Assembly: GCF_025526975.1 (NCBI RefSeq)
Contig: NW_026515690.1
Span: forward strand, 62,001-126,000
DNA length: 64,000 nucleotides
Origin: Fimicolochytrium jonesii
Lineage: Eukaryota
Direction of reading: 5' to 3'
Below the pieces are notes generated by a model. That model did no database searches. It was not told where the DNA came from and saw only the letters and a program-made list of their open reading frames with translations. Positions 1 to 13,627 of this stretch are shown in pieces. Positions within the stretch are counted from its first letter, which is position 1, and the number at the start of each line of letters is the position of its first letter. The translations under genes and the position numbers were made by a program.

Positions 1-1223
1 TGCTACCCCGATCGCGCACGGTCACTCTTTGGTCGTTCCATACGTGCACAACCCCCTCACGGATTTCAAGAACGGCGTGCCTGAATCACAAGTTCGGGAG
101 CTGAGGCCACAGGAGAAGAAATGGGACTTCTGGACGACCTCGGAAGCTTTCCTGGAGAACAAGCCCAAGTTTGGCGTACGTACTATTTCCCGACGTGATG
201 AGGGATTTTTCTAGTTTTTGTTCGTCTTCGATTTGGCTAACCGATGCTGGAAACGCACAACAGGGTCTCAGCTGGGTTCCTGCCGGTGACATCTGGGTCA
301 TTTCGCGTGCTGGAAAGTACCACAAGACTTGTGAAGCTGGAACACACTTCCTGATCCCTGGACTGGACAAGATCAAGGCGGTCAAGTCTGCTCACCCAAT
401 CGCCATGGGAGTTGTGACACCTGGTGCCGCCACTAAGGGTGAGGAATTGCTGTGTATATGGAATATCTGCTGAGAAAAGCATTCTTATGATTCACGATTT
501 AATAGGAGGAAAGCAGGTTGACGCTTACGCCGTTGTGTACCTTAAGGTCACCAACCCCGCTGCCGTAAGTGCTTGTAACGCAAACTTGGATTTATCTCGC
601 CAGCACCCAACGATTGACTTGCGCTTGCCCACCCTTACAGTCTGCTTTCTACGTCGATACTGAGAGCAACACCTTCGACTCGGAGCGCGCCGCCGCCAAG
701 GTTGTTCGCCGCGTTCTGGAAAGGGAAATTGCCAACGCCCAGGTTGGCTCCGACGGCGAACTGTCAGCATCCGACAAGTCCAACATCATCAACAAAATCA
801 CCGCCACGCTGAACGCGCAAAGCGACGATTTCGGTCTTGAGGTTGTGCGTGCTGAGGTCCGCGGCGCCTTCCCCACCGACGCCAACATCCCCGACAAGCT
901 TCGCGCTCTAGACCCCCCGATTCGTGACGCCGACGAGGTCGGTCACGGCCTCAGCGCCGACTACTGGTCCGAGGTCTTGACACCACCCTTCTTCGAGAAG
1001 CGCACTTTCGGAAGCAACAAGGAGATCCGTACCCCCGCCACTGTTTCTCTGGAATGGTGTATCCCATCTCCTCCCGACTACCATCACTTCAACGAGGTAT
1101 GCCAGGTGTTCCGTGTTTCCCTTCCCACATTCAAGATGAATTCGCTAATCAAATTTGTCTCCATTCAATCAGCCCGCGAGGATGGTCGCTTCCGCTCCGG
1201 GAGCCCCTGCGAAAGCGCACTAA
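1..1223 (+). CDS. Stomatin/prohibitin (SPFH, band 7) family protein, 5' end outside window, multi-exon
   Basis: Spliced exons read WVPAGDIWVISRAGKYHKTCEAGTHFLIPGLDKIK...QVDAYAVVYLKVTNPAA...FGLEVVRAEVR, typical of the SPFH N-terminus. GT-AG introns at about 177-263, 439-504, 565-640 and 1097-1172; stop TAA at 1221-1223. Confidence 0.75.
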
Positions 1224-1772
1224 AGATAACCGAAAACTATTGTTTAACCGGAACAGAGGAGGGAAAGACATTGACCATCGTGAAGAAGACGGGGGCCGCA
1301 TACCCAGAGATTTAGACGTGATGTGTCGGGTCTCTCCAGCTTTTTTTCCCTTGTCCATGCAGAAAATATACACTCATATTGACTCTTATGCGATGTCAGA
1401 ATCATGACTTCATGTGATGGATTTGGCGAACGGACATACCTTCTCTCCGGGGTAATATGGAGTGGGATTGTTTTCTGGAGGGGCGGAGCAGCGATGTCGA
1501 GATGTCCGCGGGCCGCTGTCAACACGGCGCCAACTGTCAGTCACGTCTCCCGCTCAACATGTTTTTGCATATTATCTGACATATCTGGCGTGTATTGCAC
1601 AAGACATGTCCTTGCCTGCGGCAAAACCCCCAGTCGCTGAAAAGATTATATAGGACGGAACGGGTTGCAAATTTCCTGCTGCGATTATAGCCCGCAAAGG
1701 TCCGCGTAGAAAGCTAGCGGTGAAAGGCTACCGCGAACATTCCCTAACGTCTGTCCGACGAACACAGAAAGA

Positions 1773-2965
1773 ATGTCTCAACAAGCTCAAGAAGAAACCT
1801 TCCTCGTTCGCAACGGCAGCCTGCGCATCGCCGCCAAGCGTTGGGGTCCGGCAAACGGCTACCCTATCCTTGCATTGCACGGGGTAATTGTCTCGCCTCA
1901 GTCGCGGTGCCCTCCGTGGCTTACGTCTCACCTCATTACTCACTTGTCGTCGCTTTTTCTAGTGGCTGGATAATGCGAACACATGGGACGAACTGGTTCC
2001 AAAAGTCATGAGCCAGCATGACGGCCCGCTGCAGGTTGTTGCGCCTGACTTTGCTGGACACGGGCGGTCGGAATATAGACATGTTACGACAGATTATGGG
2101 CCGAATAAGTTCGTGGCGGATATTTTGATGGTTGTTGAGCAGTTGGGTGAGTTGAGAGTTTGATGCGGCATGCTTGGAATGATCCGATGGTGTCCTTCGC
2201 GTCATCATGGAGCTTAGTGGCTGGCAATGGAGCTTGGTGCTCAAGAACCCTTCCTTCAATGTAGGCTGGTCCAGCTTCGCCCTCCTCGGCCACTCAATGG
2301 GCGGCGCAATGGCCACGCTAGTCGCCGGCCTCCTCAAAACCCGCATCACCCACATGATCCTCATCGACAACCTCGGCCCGCCCTTCCCGCCCTCCTCCGC
2401 CGCGGACTTTGCCAAATTCTGGGCTCAATCCCTCAAAGTCCAAGCCTTGCCCACGAAACCCAGCAAACTGCTCCCTTCGCTCGAAGCTTGCGTACGAGTA
2501 CGCGCTAGCGGAACAGAGGATATGACCATGTCCATCGAAGCGGCGAGAACACTGATGGGAAGGGGCGCGGAGGCCGTGTCGTCACCAGACGGGGCTACGA
2601 TTCAGTACCGGTTTACCGTCGACCCGCGCGTCCGTTTCATCCATTTCGATCTGGAAATACCCGGCAATGTCGTCGACCATTTCCTCGCGTCGACTAAGTG
2701 CCCCGTGTTGGTGTTGATGGGACAGAATGGCGCGCCGTACGCCAAAACGATGGTCGAGGAGCGGGCGAAGCTGGTTAAGACGCTGCGGGTCGTTACGGTG
2801 AAGGGATACCATCACCCGCATTTGGATGTGGGCGTGGATGAGTGTGTCGCGGAGACATTGAAGTGGTTGAGTGATTATCCCCTGGTTCCCGCGGCGGCGT
2901 CGGCGGGAACGCAGAGGACTTTGAGGTCTGCTTCGATATCCGCCAAGCCCAAGAACAAGCTATGA
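1773..2965 (+). CDS. Alpha/beta fold hydrolase (SERHL-like), 3 exons
   Basis: ILALHG-WLDN oxyanion region, VAPDFAGHGRS, nucleophile elbow GHSMGG, C-terminal GYHHPHLD catalytic His. Introns at about 1884-1962 and 2147-2262. Confidence 0.88.
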
Positions 2966-3270
2966 GCGGTGGTGGGTCGTGAGCGAGCGGAATGATAGAC
3001 TCCATGTTTCGTTTTAGATAGAACAGTGTAGGCGTAATTAGAAATGCGGCAGGACACACATTTGGCGAGATGACATTTTGCGGATCGCGGTTCTTTGCTC
3101 CTTTACATAGCTCCGCTTTCATTTCATTTAATCAGGATTGATTCCAGAGAGTTCTTGGTGCAACCTAGTTTACGCCGCTCCAAATAGCTTGTTCAGATTG
3201 GGTACCGATGATTATTTTACATACACACGCCGGAGAACAACTCGCTACCTACTCGCAAACTAACTACGAC

Positions 3271-6200
3271 CTACGAAGCGGCAACCTCCACCTCAACGCC
3301 TTCCATCGCATCCTCGTCACCACCAGCATCCTCTTTTACCTCCTCGGAAGCGCCATCGACAGGCGCAGCAGCCTCCTTCTGCTTCCTCAGGTACTCAATC
3401 TGCTGCTTGACCATATCCGCGACGTATTCGCCCATATGCTGCACGTCCTCAATCTTCGCCACCTCGCCTTTCGCGTGGGGTTCCGGCCGCCAGCCCTTCT
3501 TCGGGTGTTCGACGACAGCAGTCTCATCCACAGTGCGGGTGAATGTCCCATCGACGTAGGATTCTCCGTTCCTGAGCCATAAGGCATCGGTGGGTCGTTG
3601 CAGCAGGGTCTTGAACACCGGTTGGAGCTCGTAGCTGCCTTGAAAGAGCGGCACGCGGCAAAAGACGTACAAGCCGAGTCTGGCGCGAGACATGGCGACG
3701 ATCAGACGTCGAACGTCACGCAGGTGTCCGACCGTCTTGGTGCGGACGAGGGACAGGAGCACGTAATCGTTCTGCTGGCCCTGGTATTTGTCGACGGTAG
3801 CGACGCGGTGTGGGTTGCCAAACAGCGGGTTCCATGCGCATCGCGTCTCCAGCACGTCGCGGATCAGCTCCTTTTGGCCGTTATAGGTTGTCAGGATCGA
3901 GATGCGTTCCGCGGGGTAGCCCAGTAACCGCATGTATTGGTATGTGGCCACCACGTACTCAGCCTCGCCCAAGTTCTGTACGAAATGAGGTCGCGGTTCG
4001 GTTTCTCCCTGGCCCATGAAGTTGGGCACGTTTATCACTTGGTAGTCGAATGCAAAACCGGGGTTGCCGAGGTTGAACTCAGGCCGTTCCTGGACATTCG
4101 GCAGGTCTTTCAGGTTCTGGTATTTCCATCGGAACAGCTCGGCGAGAGAGCTCCGCGACCGACCCTGCGCGTCAAGCTGGATGACTGGGACGCCCAACCT
4201 GACAAAACGGGCGAATAGGCTCTGTTCCATGTTGCCGTAACGCTGGAAAGCCATATTCTTCACGACCGGCGGTAACTGGTTATGATCACCAATCATGACG
4301 ACGCGCTTGAGCCTGCTTGCTCCGGTGTCCGGATCCGGATTTTGTAACAGCAATGGAATGAAGGTCTCAACTTCCAGAATCTGACCGGCTTCCTCCATGA
4401 CGACGCTATCATACTTGAACCCAAGGCGGACAAACTCTTTGCGTTTGAGTGCCGCGTGTGTGCACGTCATGGCAATGATCTTGGCCTCCTTGACGAGCAG
4501 GTAGTTGGACCTATCGTAGCCTGAACGCAGGAGCTCAAAGGCGCGGATCTCTTCAAGCTCGTCAAAGACGTTCTGGATATGACGCCAGCAGCCTTCGAGG
4601 GTTTCCAGCCTCTCATCGTACGTCGCGTCGTCAGGGAGTAATGGCTGAGGCGCATCCGCGAAGAAGGCCTGGAACGGGAACAGAGAGAAGACATCCTCCC
4701 GTTCCTCCGCGGCCTTGTCCCGCAGCTGGTAAAGTCGGCGAATATAAGGGTCCCAGAGACTCTTCACATGGTACGTGTAGAAGTACCCGGCCGTTTCGCA
4801 GGTATATCCATGCGCACCGGGTATCTCCAAACATTGGGCCAACCGATCGACCTCTCCCAGTAGCTGCACTCGTTTCTCCAGGAACGCGTTTACACGGCCG
4901 TATTTGCCCCAGCTGTTCGCGTCCGCTAGGTCGAGGTCTTCTTGTCCGTGTCCCAAACGCAAGATGTGCCTGGGGTCAATATCGAGGGCAGCGATCTTCT
5001 CGAAGAGTTGATTCAGGGCGGTGTTGCTGTGAGTGATGATCAGCGTGTTTTGTTCCGGGTAGTTATGGTAAAGATTGGAGATGATCTGAACAGCCACATC
5101 TGTTTTTCCTGTACCGGGAGGCCCAACGACCAACGTCAGCCCCGGTGATGTTCCGGCATGAATGGCTTCCACTAAATAAACAGAAACACGTAAGAATTTA
5201 TCCCAGCAATGACACAAGACGCGAATCAAAGCCTGAAGTTTTATATACCTTGTGTTACCGTGAATCGAACAGCGTTCTTCTTTGGCAGGTCTTCCGGATA
5301 AGGGCCGTTGTTAACGGGCGTATATGTCCGCACCAAGATAGCGTCATCCCCCTCGTCCAAATCATCGTCGACCGCGTCCAGCTTTCGCTTGACGCCGGAA
5401 GATACCGTGGCTTGCACGTTAGACCCACCTTCCCCGCTCAATGCTTCAAAAGTCGACTTCGGGAAGGTCAGCACGTAAGGTGGTGAAATGTCTTCACCAC
5501 CATCGGGGCCACGGATCAATCGCTAGTGAAGTGAAAAGCAAATGGTTAGCCGCCGAACCGCGTAGCGGTAATGGCCGTCCTGCTATGGACTAACCTTGCC
5601 AGGAAAGCTCTCGGACAGATGCTCCCAGTCAAGGAACGTGTCCTGGAAATCCAGCGTCCGGACTGGCTGGGGGATGCTGGTGTAGTGGGCACTATTCCGG
5701 TCTCCATATCCCAGGAAGACATTGTGCAACCAATCAGGGACCACCAAGTCGCTCTGCATTAGGTCCCTGATGGTACCCAGCACTGCCTTGAAGTTGTTTT
5801 CCTGGGATTTCCGCCGCACCAGAACGTTGAACGTTGGGTAGACATCCTCTTCCTTCCGTTCCACGGCGTCCATGTCCGACTGATACTGATTGGGATCAAG
5901 CAACAACCGGAACCGGCGTCTGAACCCCGTAACCCGTGGTCTCCCCCCATCACTTGAGTTTTTGGCGGAAGTAAAGTCCTCCACAGGATGGCTGTCGTCG
6001 CCAAGCAGATCCGAGATTTCGCAACCGCGGACATACTTTAGTCCGAATTTTCTGCGGAAGTTTGTAACTGGCGTTTCACCGGCTTGCTTCTCCTTCTGCG
6101 CCTCGAATTGTGCCCATCCAGGCTCAGCAGGTTCCATGCGGATAGTCAGCAGGAACATAATATCGTGCGATTTCAAGGATTCCCACTCTCTGCGTATTGA

Positions 6201-8274
6201 ATCCGTGAACTTTTGAATGTTGATGGTAACATCCGCTTTCACGAAACTGGGTCTGTTCGCTCCTAGTCTTGGCGGGCCGACATCCACAATTTGAAACTGG
6301 ACATTGATACGCATTAGCGCATGCCTTATTGACGCAAGCTCGGAGACTTGTGCGCCCACTTACGTTGTCAATAGGAGATGCCATCCTCGCCCATCCTCCA
6401 AAAACAGTCTCATCGTCCCCACTACTCCTGTCAACATTGTGCCTAGGTTGCAAACGGTGCACGACATCTTCAATGTCCTGTCGTATTTCGTAGGTACTTT
6501 CCAGCCTGAACAGCGTGAAGTTGCGGAGCAAGTAGTCGTGAATAGTCAGGTATTGAAGATTCAGCTTCGGAATGGCAAGGCAGTGGGTGTTTGAGAACTG
6601 CTGTGATGCCGGTACCGCAGTTTCATCGAAGAGGGCGTTCTCGTCGGGATAGAGGGAAAGAGCATTTATGGCGTCAATCTGACTCGGGCGTTTGGCATAC
6701 ATTGCCGCCAGTAAATCAATCATAAACGCTTTGCTGAAAGGACGGTCATCATCTGCGTCGAACGGATGCGTCCGTATTCCAACTTCGGCACAGAGCGCAC
6801 GGATGGTGGTTTCTTCCACTTTCTCAAAGCAGCGTCGAAAGCTTCTTTTACTTTCGATACTGCCAATGTTCGTCAGCGCAAAGTCTTCCAACGTGTCGCG
6901 GAATTTTATAAAAGCAATCTTTTGTAATCTTCGAAGATTGCCGTAGTGGAGACGACTAGTCTCAGCGAGTGTCAACGCTGCGCCGGTGAAGTCATTGATT
7001 TCGAATCTCGCGTAAAAGTGCAGTCGATCCAGGAGCTGTACAAAGAGCATCCCACTCCCCAACTCTCCTCCACTGGCTTTTGCCAAAGAAATGTCCCTGG
7101 TTTGCGACAAAACGTTCCGGCCTCGCTTTGCCAGATTGCTCGAGTCACATATTGGGACAACCAGATGATCGTGGAGAAGAAGGTTGAAATGTCTCCGTGT
7201 TGGAAGCTGTGCTTCCAGATCGATGAGAAGCTCCAGGAACCTCTCACAGTATAGAACAACATCAACTGGCGGGGGGCCATCCTCGGGAACGGAGCTCAAC
7301 ACGTTGAAAAATGACTTGATGAGAGTCGAGAAAAACGCTCTGTCGAAACGCATTTTCTCTTTCGCAGCGGCTTTTGCTGTCACATTGGTTAAATATAGCG
7401 TCCCTGAACAGTCTGAAACAAAGAGTAATGGCTTACTTGTTGCATCAAACTTGGCCTCAGCCTTTTCCCACAAAGCGCGACGCTCTGGGTACATATTCAG
7501 CTCTCTTTCCCTTCTCCTCTCCACCACGCAATCCCACATTGCGATGTTGACCAATCGCAAACATTCTGCCCGAACCAGTGGGTGTTCCAGCGACTGGAAC
7601 ATGTTTATCAGGAAGATCAACAGAAACCGCCTCAGCTCAAGATCGAGGTGTATCTGTCCATCGTGCATTTCCGAGTTTGATGATATCAACAATTCTAAAA
7701 TCCTGGAGACTAATCCGGAAAATCTCGATGCATCACCTCCGAAGATATCCCATACACCCACGATGCGTTGTCGGAACTTCTCGTTGACCAGGACAACTAT
7801 TGAGAGCACATGATCCAGGGCAGATTTACTCTTTCCTTTTTTGCTCTTGGCGATGAAGGTGGGCCACAGAAACTTTTCCAAAAACTGACTGTACTCGAGA
7901 AGCATCACTTTCCTCAACGAGAATTGCGACCCCTGTAGATGCTGATTCCATACTTTGCTGACAGTCGCTGCGTCGTCAGCGCTAGTCTCAGCAACCATCT
8001 CGGGCCAGGCTGCCTGTGCAAGCTTTGTAATTTCATCCTGCGTGATCTCGTCAACTGTTGGCGCGAACTGCTCGACGAGCGCTTCGGGGCCAGTCTTTAT
8101 CGATTGGGAGGTGGTCAAAACCGACCTTGCCGGAGTTTCGGGAGCTACCGGAGTGCTGTCTGACTCTATTTGCTGGCCTACAGCGGGTGCTTGCGCCTCA
8201 ACGCTCTGTAGGATTGGTTCAGCCGGGACCACTTTGAAGAAGCCTAGGTCCACTGCGGCGGGAGCACGCGGCAT
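3271..8274 (-). CDS. AQR: Intron-binding spliceosomal helicase Aquarius (Cwf11), multi-exon
   Basis: APTVDEI N-terminus, [45 protein letters not shown], Walker [46 protein letters not shown]. Start codon at 8274 is inferred. Confidence 0.96.
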
Positions 8275-9213
8275 GGTGTTCGACAATTTAGGGGCTGATC
8301 GAGCAGTTAGGACAGGGCATGGGAAGGAGGGCGGAGAGCAAGCTTGCGAGGGTTCTCTTCCACTTGCGTCGGAGCCTGCAGTCTGTGGTCTCCCAACTTG
8401 GCCAGTTGGCCATAGTTCAATTCGGGTCACGTGGCTTGGAAGGACATCCCCCATACAACTATTTCTCCTCCTTTATTTAAAGTCCGTCCCAGACTCCCAG
8501 CCCTCCAAGGAGTCCAGGCCCGTCCCAAACCTCCGGTTCGACATGACGGCAGCCATCTTGGAGGCATCTTCTACGGTGACGTTCAAGACTTCCAGAAATA
8601 CATACGAGCGTCACGGCTCTCGGAGAAACGAGGCCTCGGCGTCTTCGGCCCTCCGAGTCGAGCTGGCCGAAACACGTGCGGAGCGTACGTTGCTTGATGG
8701 CCTACGGCAACGACCTGAGCACAAGGCGAAGGAGAAGCGCAACTTTAATTGTCGGCCAAGGAATTCGAAGAGGGTCCAGACCGTCTCAGCCGCTATGCGC
8801 TCGTTCCTCTACCGGGCCGGCTCACGCGTCGCAGAAACCAACATCTCATTAACGTTGAGCTTGTCCACTTGCCACCTCCACCACGTCATGTGACCGTACT
8901 TCTTCCCGGTCCGGAAGCTATCAACCACGGTTTGAGGTGAACTTCCCTCGCTGCCGTTTGTCTCGATAACGTTTACCTTCGTCCCGCTTTCCCTGAGTCT
9001 GGGAGACAGACTACGAACTCGGGGCAGGGAGAGCATATGAGAACCAGGAGTTGTTTGCGGGACACTTGAAGAGCTTTGCACAGTGACGGGAGACTTCTCA
9101 AAATCTAGGAAGCGGGGAACCCACTCCCGTTCCTACATGATAAAAGGGTCCCTGAGCAACGACAACACATCCCGTTTTGGCGCGAGTTGCCGTCGTCGCT
9201 CCATTTTTCCGTC

Positions 9214-12200
9214 ATGAGCGCAGATTTGAACCCCATCGACCTTGACGCGACCCTTGAGGATGTAGCGCACGGCAACTCATCGTCACTAGCATCAAAGCCG
9301 CCGCTCGGCGCCGGGGCGGCCACGGCGGCATACGAGCGAGACCTCGAAAAAGGAGCTTTGGCGCCCACCTCGATGAACCACGTGAGACGGGATTCAAGCA
9401 CAACCTCAAGTTCGTTTTACAGCCGCAACGTACGCTATTATTACATGTGGAAAGGCCTTCTTCTGGCCGCTTGGCTAGGCCTGTTCGCTGCCCTAGCTTT
9501 TCTTCGATTGTACACGATGCTCTCCAGGGTTCCAGTGATAATCCCGACACCGGCCGCTGTAGCCGCAGCATTTATGAAAACGAAAGGGATCTTCCGGATA
9601 TGTTTAGGAGTTTGCGCTCTGCTAGAGCTCGCAGGACTCGCCACTTACGTTTACTCCTTGCGATCCGCTGTCTGCATGGCGGCCATAACTATGTGCTCAT
9701 CAGTTTTTCTTTCTGCGGCGTTGACAAAATTGACCCCCGACATAGCGAAAGGAATGCATAATGTGAAGTGCACGTTGATCCTGCTTCTGTTCTCCATACT
9801 TGCTAGTATCAATGAAGCTGTCGGGAAGGCTTATCTCTTGGCAGCAATGGACGAAGTACTGAGCCCGACGGGGGTCGGAGACACGCTTTTATACTTCTTC
9901 GTGGCAGACCTCCTGGGCATGTTGATTTTGTCTCCTATATTATTATCGATCGACCGAGACACCATCACACAGCTGATTTACGAGAAGTCGCACTGCGTCC
10001 GCTGGCGGCAGACGACGGTACTTGTCGCGATCTGGGTCTTTGTTGGCTCAATCCCGTTCGCTTTCAAGGGTATGGATGATGATCAGTATACGGCAACATT
10101 CTTCATCATCTTGCTTCCGGCCCTTCTGTCAGCCATGCTGGCGGGCAACAACGGGGTGTGCATTACGGTAGCCATCGGTTACGCCGCTTTTTTGGGAGTG
10201 GATGTTCTTTTTCGCCAAGCAGCGAATGCTCGAAAAAAACGGCCCAGCATATTGTTGCCCCTTCAGTTTTGGTGCATCAGTCTCCTTTTGTGCTCCTTCT
10301 TGATGATTGCGGCTTATGCTGAGCGAGAGTCTTACCGGAGCGCTTATCGGCGGCTGAAACGAGAATCTCAGAGGAAACAACCTCGCGGGGAGCCGGGTCG
10401 GAGCCCGGGGACAGTGGCAGGACAGGAATGTGCCTTGATTTTGGGGTATATCTGGAGTGAAACGCGGAAGCCTTTGGAGAAGATGACGGACCTCTGCAAC
10501 TCGATGATGGAGCCTGACTTTCTGAATTCTGAGGATGTGGAATCCATTACGGCCTCAGCATCCCTTGCTGCCATGGCCATTAAGAGATCAGTCCGCCGGG
10601 TGCAAGGTCTCCTGACCGATGCAAATGATATATCAGACATTAATAGTGGGCGACTGATTCTCAAACCGAAACCGAGCAATCTGTATCACTTCTTGGATGA
10701 CGTGTGCCGAAAATTAAATCTCGAGCTGGGCGACAGGGAAATCTCGGTCGCGGTGAGATTGATGCCAAGACTACCAGAATGGGTACGGATGGATGAAAGC
10801 CGGCTGTCGACCATCATCGAACGCTTGGTCCTGAACGCTGCGGAGGTATGAGTTATAAAGACGTTGCTACCATCTTTGCGCTTGAACAGACGGCTCACGC
10901 GTGATTGTCACTCAGCATACAGCATCTCAAACTGAAATTGTTCTGGAAGGTGCCGGGTCTTCGCCGTACTCCCCGTCGCAGAATGGTCAAGTTACGGTCG
11001 ATGTGAACTTTACCCTCAACATCCCAGACTGGGTGTGCGACCCTGACGAGTATGCGGTTGTTCTTCGCCCCTACGCGTACCCAGCGTCTTCAAACAACGA
11101 CGCAGGCCCACTATCGCTTGCTCGTGCAAATGCGATCGCACGGCTCATGGGAGGCCAGGTGCTGGTCTTCGGACAGCGAAATAGGGGAACGGTCATAAGC
11201 TGCAAAGTTGCCTTGGAGGTAGTGAGCACGTCCACAAAGTTTTCGGGGAATGGGCCACCGATCGGCCCTCCATCAGCGACAGTGAAACCGCAGCCCTTGC
11301 CCTCCGCAATTGCAAAATCAATGCATCGCCAGGTCTCCGCTGCCATGTTGGAGGCCACCAGGAACATGGGGGATAAACTGGGAAGCGTCGTCAGTCTACG
11401 ACGAAGGTCTAGGGACGCGTCGCATATATTGGGAGATAAGCCTTCAACTCTCTCCTCGACGCCTTCCTCTCCGCTGCTACCACTGGAAGCCTCAGGGCAG
11501 ATTGGCAGCAAGGTTGGATGCAAAACGGAGGGAGCGCGCGGGAAGCCTCTCCGCTTGCCTTCAGAAATGGGGCCTGGGCAAAAGTTGGTGCTAGTCGCGG
11601 ATGACTCGCGCGTCAATCGAATGATTATGAGCCGGATACTGAAAAAATATCCGCAAGTCGAAGTGCATGAGGCTACCAACGGCCTGCATGCGTTGGAGCT
11701 ATGCCAAGCTTTCAAATACGACATTGTGGGTGTCAAGTAAATGGACTTGGAGTGCATTTCTGCTTATATCTAATCCCATCATCAAACCCTCTTTCTCTCT
11801 AGGTCTTTATGGACATCTGGATGCCACATCTTGACGGATACGTAAGTCAACCGTCAGCATGGGTTACTTAGGATTATCTCTCATACTTACGACGCAACCT
11901 TCTGCAGCAAGCGTCGTTTCGTATGCGTCACGGCAACTCCTATCTGGGACCTATAATCCTGATGACGGCGGACGCGGAACAGTTAGACAGTACCATTAAG
12001 AACGGCGTGAACGATATGCTCTACAAGCCCATCCAAAAAGGAGACATTGACAGAACGCTGAAAACGTACGGCATTGTGCCCGGCGGCCAAGTCCCGGCCA
12101 CTCCGCTTAGCACCGTTCAAACGATTAGCAGTGTTGGGTCCCCTGAAGCCCCGACGCAATCTGACGTCATGGACAGGAAATCGGGGTATTTTGACTACCC

Positions 12201-13259
12201 AGGACCTTTTTCGTCGCATGGATCACCTCCGGAAGGGGCATCGTCGAGCAACTCCAGAAAGAGCAGAGACATGGCATCCTCCATCTCTTCGATCTCTTCG
12301 ATTAGCGCCACTTCTGGAAGATCACATCCGAGAAGCAGTTTACAAAGGCCGATTCAGGTGGATCCGATCTTGATCGTGGATGACAACGCACAAAGTCGGT
12401 GGACGCTGAGGGATCTGCTGAAGCAGCTCGCCCCACATCGGGCTGTCATGGAGGCGGAGGATGGGGCCAAGGCTGTGGCGCTTTGCACTTCGGGAATCAT
12501 GTTTGCGCTCATATTTACGGGTAAGGACATGCCGATAATGACGAGGGTGATGATTCCTTATTCACGAACAATTCCTTTTCATTATTCAGAGTTAACTATG
12601 CCAGGGATGGATGGAGATGTAAGCAGCTCTTCGAAATTGTGAAAGTCATATGCCTTCATGTCTCATCATGCATTGAAATCAGGTTGCCGCGACAAAGATC
12701 AGAAACATGAGAGCGATTGGTGGTGGGCCGCCGTAAGTTGACAATTGCTTGTGATTAAGGTTTTCGGGGCATAACATTTTTTGGTTTTTGCAGCATTATC
12801 GCTATCAGTCGCCACTCTCTAGATGCCGAATCATTTGCTGCCCTTCGTGCAGCAGGAATCAACGATGCAACATCCAAACCGGTATCAAGGGAGAATCTGA
12901 GTAATATCCTCAAAACATACGGCGTGTTGGCCAAGAACACACCGGACGATGCGAGGTCAGCTTCTGTGTCCGAGATTGATTTGGAAGTGGTTGGATCCTC
13001 GCGCAAAAGTCGTGCTCCACACAAGGACCTATATCGGAGTTCCCTGAATCGATCCAGAAGCCGATCGCCGGACGGAAATTTTCGGAGACCGTCTGACGGT
13101 GCCCGGAGGAAACGGTACAAAGACCCTGAGGTGGAACCACCAGGAACTCCCGCGGGTTTGTGGCTGCTGCGACAATCGACCGAGTCCGCGCCCGGAACAC
13201 CGACGTCCCAACGATCTCAACGTCCCGGAACAACGACAGTCGAAACAGATACTGTCTGA
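9214..13259 (+). CDS. Membrane hybrid histidine-kinase-like protein (MASE1-like TM region, degenerate HisKA/HATPase, two receiver domains)
   Basis: Multi-TM N-terminus with FFVADLLGMLILSPILL; H-box-like WSETRKPL; N-box-like RLVLNAAEHT; LMGGQV; REC1 LVADDSRVNR...VFMDIWMPHLDG...YKP; REC2 ILIVDDNAQSR...IFTELTMPGMDG...SKP. Several short introns. Confidence 0.85.
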
Positions 13260-13627
13260 ATACTTGCGTCCGTGGGCCTGGTCATTGTTCCATGTCGGAC
13301 ATCTGTTATCTACATCAATATATCTTTTGATATCCAAATGCTATACATCCTTTTGCGGTGGATCATCAATCATCCAATGAATATCATATGGGACAGGACA
13401 CAAGCGCTTGTCTAGCGGGTTTTCACGGCTTGTATGTGCAATGCATGTACACCATAGTTTTTCCAAGCATTTGTTATGCACACGGGAGATCCTGGCCGTG
13501 GTGATATATGTCCATGTTCAAGCACAAGCTCCATCTCGCCCTACCCTACTACGCCGCTATGAATGATTTTTACGTCCGTAACCCAAGATTCTGCCGGACC
13601 GAAAAAAGACGCCGAGCAGGTATACCC

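Noticed and set aside
7955..8893. 312-aa plus-strand ORF
   Set aside because: Largely antisense to the Aquarius N-terminus and the divergent promoter; no recognisable domain.
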